Origin: a virus
Taxonomy: Duplodnaviria; Caudoviricetes
IMG/VR virus record: IMGVR_UViG_3300031628_000009
Span: 1 to 41,378 of that record
Strand: one strand, 5' to 3'
Length of the DNA stretch: 41,378 bases
The translations under genes and the position numbers were made by a program. The notes under the pieces are model-generated. The model did no database searches, was not told the DNA's origin, and was given only the letters and a program-made list of their open reading frames with translations. This document shows, one piece after another, positions 39,526 through 41,378 of this stretch (position 1 is its first letter; each line of letters opens with the position of its first letter).

Positions 39526-40399
39526 TATTACCGAAGAGTTAAGAAAGACTGGAAAATTAGCGTTCAGGCCAACCCACTCTCCTTTAGACTGCACTCTTCC
39601 AAAAGCCCAACAGATGCCTTTGTCTAAGGATGGATACTATGAGATGACTGATGATTGGAATGTAGACTTACAGACAAGAAGCACCATGTCGCCAATAACA
39701 CCTGAAGATAAAATTATACTATTTGTTGGAGATAGTTTTACGTTCGGTGATGGAGTAAAACACAAAGATACTTTTTGTGGCCAATTACAGTCTAAAGATT
39801 TTTTTAAAGACTACAAGATAATCAACATAGGAATTCGCGGAGCATCAAATGATTTGATTACTAATATACTTTCTAAGTGGTGTAACATGTATGCTAGTCA
39901 GATAGAGTATGTTATCATTGGCTTTTCATTTTGCTCTAGGCGAGTATTTTATACAGAAGCATCAAAATCAAAATATGTTTATGATGGTGTTACAAATATT
40001 AGTCCGGGTAATTGGAATTCAACAATCGAAGAACACAAATGGTTACAAGATATTTACGCCGCAACTCTAATATTGAGTACTGAAGAGATGGACAACAATA
40101 ATTTTGAAAGAAATGTATTGCTTACAAAGGGTCTAGGAAAAATACATAACTTCAAAACTTATTGGTGGTCTATAGAAGAACACGCTTGGTATGGTGACCA
40201 AAATATCGATAGACTTGAGAACAATTCTGAAAGAATCGATGACGATGACTTCAAGTATATTGATATTGGTAAACCCTTTGACGACCCACCTACTCCTGAC
40301 TATGAACAGAATTATATATCAAAAGAAGACAGACATTGGAATGAAAGTGGACACTCTATTATTGCAGACAGAATAATCAAAGCGATAGATGAATGTTAA
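39512..40399 (+). CDS. SGNH/GDSL-fold protein
   Basis: LFVGDSFTFGDG, INIGIRGASN and EDRHWNESGH. Confidence 0.75.
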   Translation: MILNDITEELRKTGKLAFRPTHSPLDCTLPKAQQMPLSKDGYYEMTDDWNVDLQTRSTMSPITPEDKIILFVGDSFTFGDGVKHKDTFCGQLQSKDFFKDYKIINIGIRGASNDLITNILSKWCNMYASQIEYVIIGFSFCSRRVFYTEASKSKYVYDGVTNISPGNWNSTIEEHKWLQDIYAATLILSTEEMDNNNFERNVLLTKGLGKIHNFKTYWWSIEEHAWYGDQNIDRLENNSERIDDDDFKYIDIGKPFDDPPTPDYEQNYISKEDRHWNESGHSIIADRIIKAIDEC

Positions 40400-41378
40400 A
40401 AGTAAATCTAAATCATTTGCATTTCAAAGATATAGGAGACTCCCAGTGGTGGCGCCATCTCAATTTTAACTTCGATTATTTTAATCTTTCTTTCAGCCAA
40501 GATATAAAATTTACAGACAGCAATAAATTAATTTATGAACCAAACATCTCACAAGAATTGGGAAACACTGGTATAGAATGTGTTAAAGATGGCAGCATAG
40601 TTAAACTAATTCCAAATAACACTAGAGTTATAATTAGCACAGTTCAGGAACCAATATGTGGCGAGGGTAACTTCTTTTACCACGAGAATATAAACATCAA
40701 TGATAAATTAGAAACAGCGGGCGCTGATACACATAACGTATGCTGGGCATCTGGTGACTTTTTTGCACCAGAAAACAATACATCTAATATTAAAACGTTC
40801 TTTGTTCCTGGATGGAATCATTTCTATTGGGAAGAGATATATGATATACCAGAAGAACTTATAGACCAAAGAACATTTGACCATACGTTTCTGAGTTTTA
40901 ATAGAATACATAAACCACACAGAATGTACTTCTTGTTGCGTATACGTGAGTTGGGAATGCTAGATAATAATCTAATTAGTTGTGCTAAAATGATGGACGG
41001 CGAAACATTTGAAGAACACATAGAATGGATTGTCGCAGACAAAAGAGAACACAAAGATATATATGATAAGTATAATCTTGTTGATAGTGAAAAGTTGAGA
41101 ACAGAAGCGAACGAATTCATGAACGAGTTGCCTCTAGTACTAGACGTAGAAGACTTTCAACAAAATGGATGCTTCTATGATGATACAGTTTGGAGTTCAG
41201 CATCTTTCTATCAGAATTCTTTTATGAGTGTTCTAACCGAGAGTAGTGCGATTGGTCCCGGATGTTATATATCAGAAGTTATATTTAAAGCAATTGTGTT
41301 TATGCATCCATTTATGATAATAGGGCAACCGAGAACTTTAGAAGTTCTCAGAGAATGGGGATTTGATACTTTTGATGA
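40393..41378 (+). CDS. Glycosyltransferase-like protein (GT10/GT-B-like), truncated by the window end
   Basis: Not in the ORF track because it has no stop. Manual translation is open from ATG 40393: MLKVNLNHLHF...TFLSFNRIHKPHRMYFL...FYQNSFMSVLTES...YISEVIFKAIVFMHPFMIIGQPRTLEVLREWGFDTFD. Confidence 0.55.
   Translation, partial: MLKVNLNHLHFKDIGDSQWWRHLNFNFDYFNLSFSQDIKFTDSNKLIYEPNISQELGNTGIECVKDGSIVKLIPNNTRVIISTVQEPICGEGNFFYHENININDKLETAGADTHNVCWASGDFFAPENNTSNIKTFFVPGWNHFYWEEIYDIPEELIDQRTFDHTFLSFNRIHKPHRMYFLLRIRELGMLDNNLISCAKMMDGETFEEHIEWIVADKREHKDIYDKYNLVDSEKLRTEANEFMNELPLVLDVEDFQQNGCFYDDTVWSSASFYQNSFMSVLTESSAIGPGCYISEVIFKAIVFMHPFMIIGQPRTLEVLREWGFDTFD

Noticed and set aside
25676-41378. RiPP cluster interpretation of the SPASM/twitch enzymes
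   Set aside because: No intergenic room for a precursor peptide, and no RRE/PqqD, peptidase or transporter seen; sugar-acting neighbours dominate. A precursor outside the window cannot be excluded.
1-41378. Stop-codon recoding, tRNAs, CRISPR arrays, integrase or transposase
   Set aside because: Genes tile the window under the standard code with TAA, TGA and TAG all used as stops; no cloverleaf, spaced repeat array or mobile-element motif seen by eye.

Overview
AT-rich, gene-dense segment of a large T4-like (probably jumbo) contractile-tailed phage genome, read with the standard genetic code. It has three parts. (1) 1-1017, minus strand: a gp55-like late sigma factor followed by the start of a gp47/Mre11-like nuclease. 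(2) 1171-25620: a baseplate/tail module (tube-cap-like, gp53, hub, gp5-like spike, degenerate lysozyme, gp25, enlarged gp6, a 3027-aa giant protein and three smaller structural genes). It is preceded by (G/T)ATAAATA late promoters and interrupted by an oppositely oriented, host-like clpP with its own sigma70 promoter. (3) 25676 to the window end: one tightly coupled operon of at least 15.7 kb behind a sigma70-type promoter. It encodes three GT-A-type glycosyltransferase-like proteins, six twitch/SPASM radical SAM enzymes, an Stf0-like sulfotransferase, two SGNH-fold proteins and a truncated GT10-like protein. This operon is the main candidate for an undescribed system, most plausibly a radical-SAM-tailored glycan that decorates the virion or host surface. 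All family calls come from motif recognition by eye; no database searches were run.
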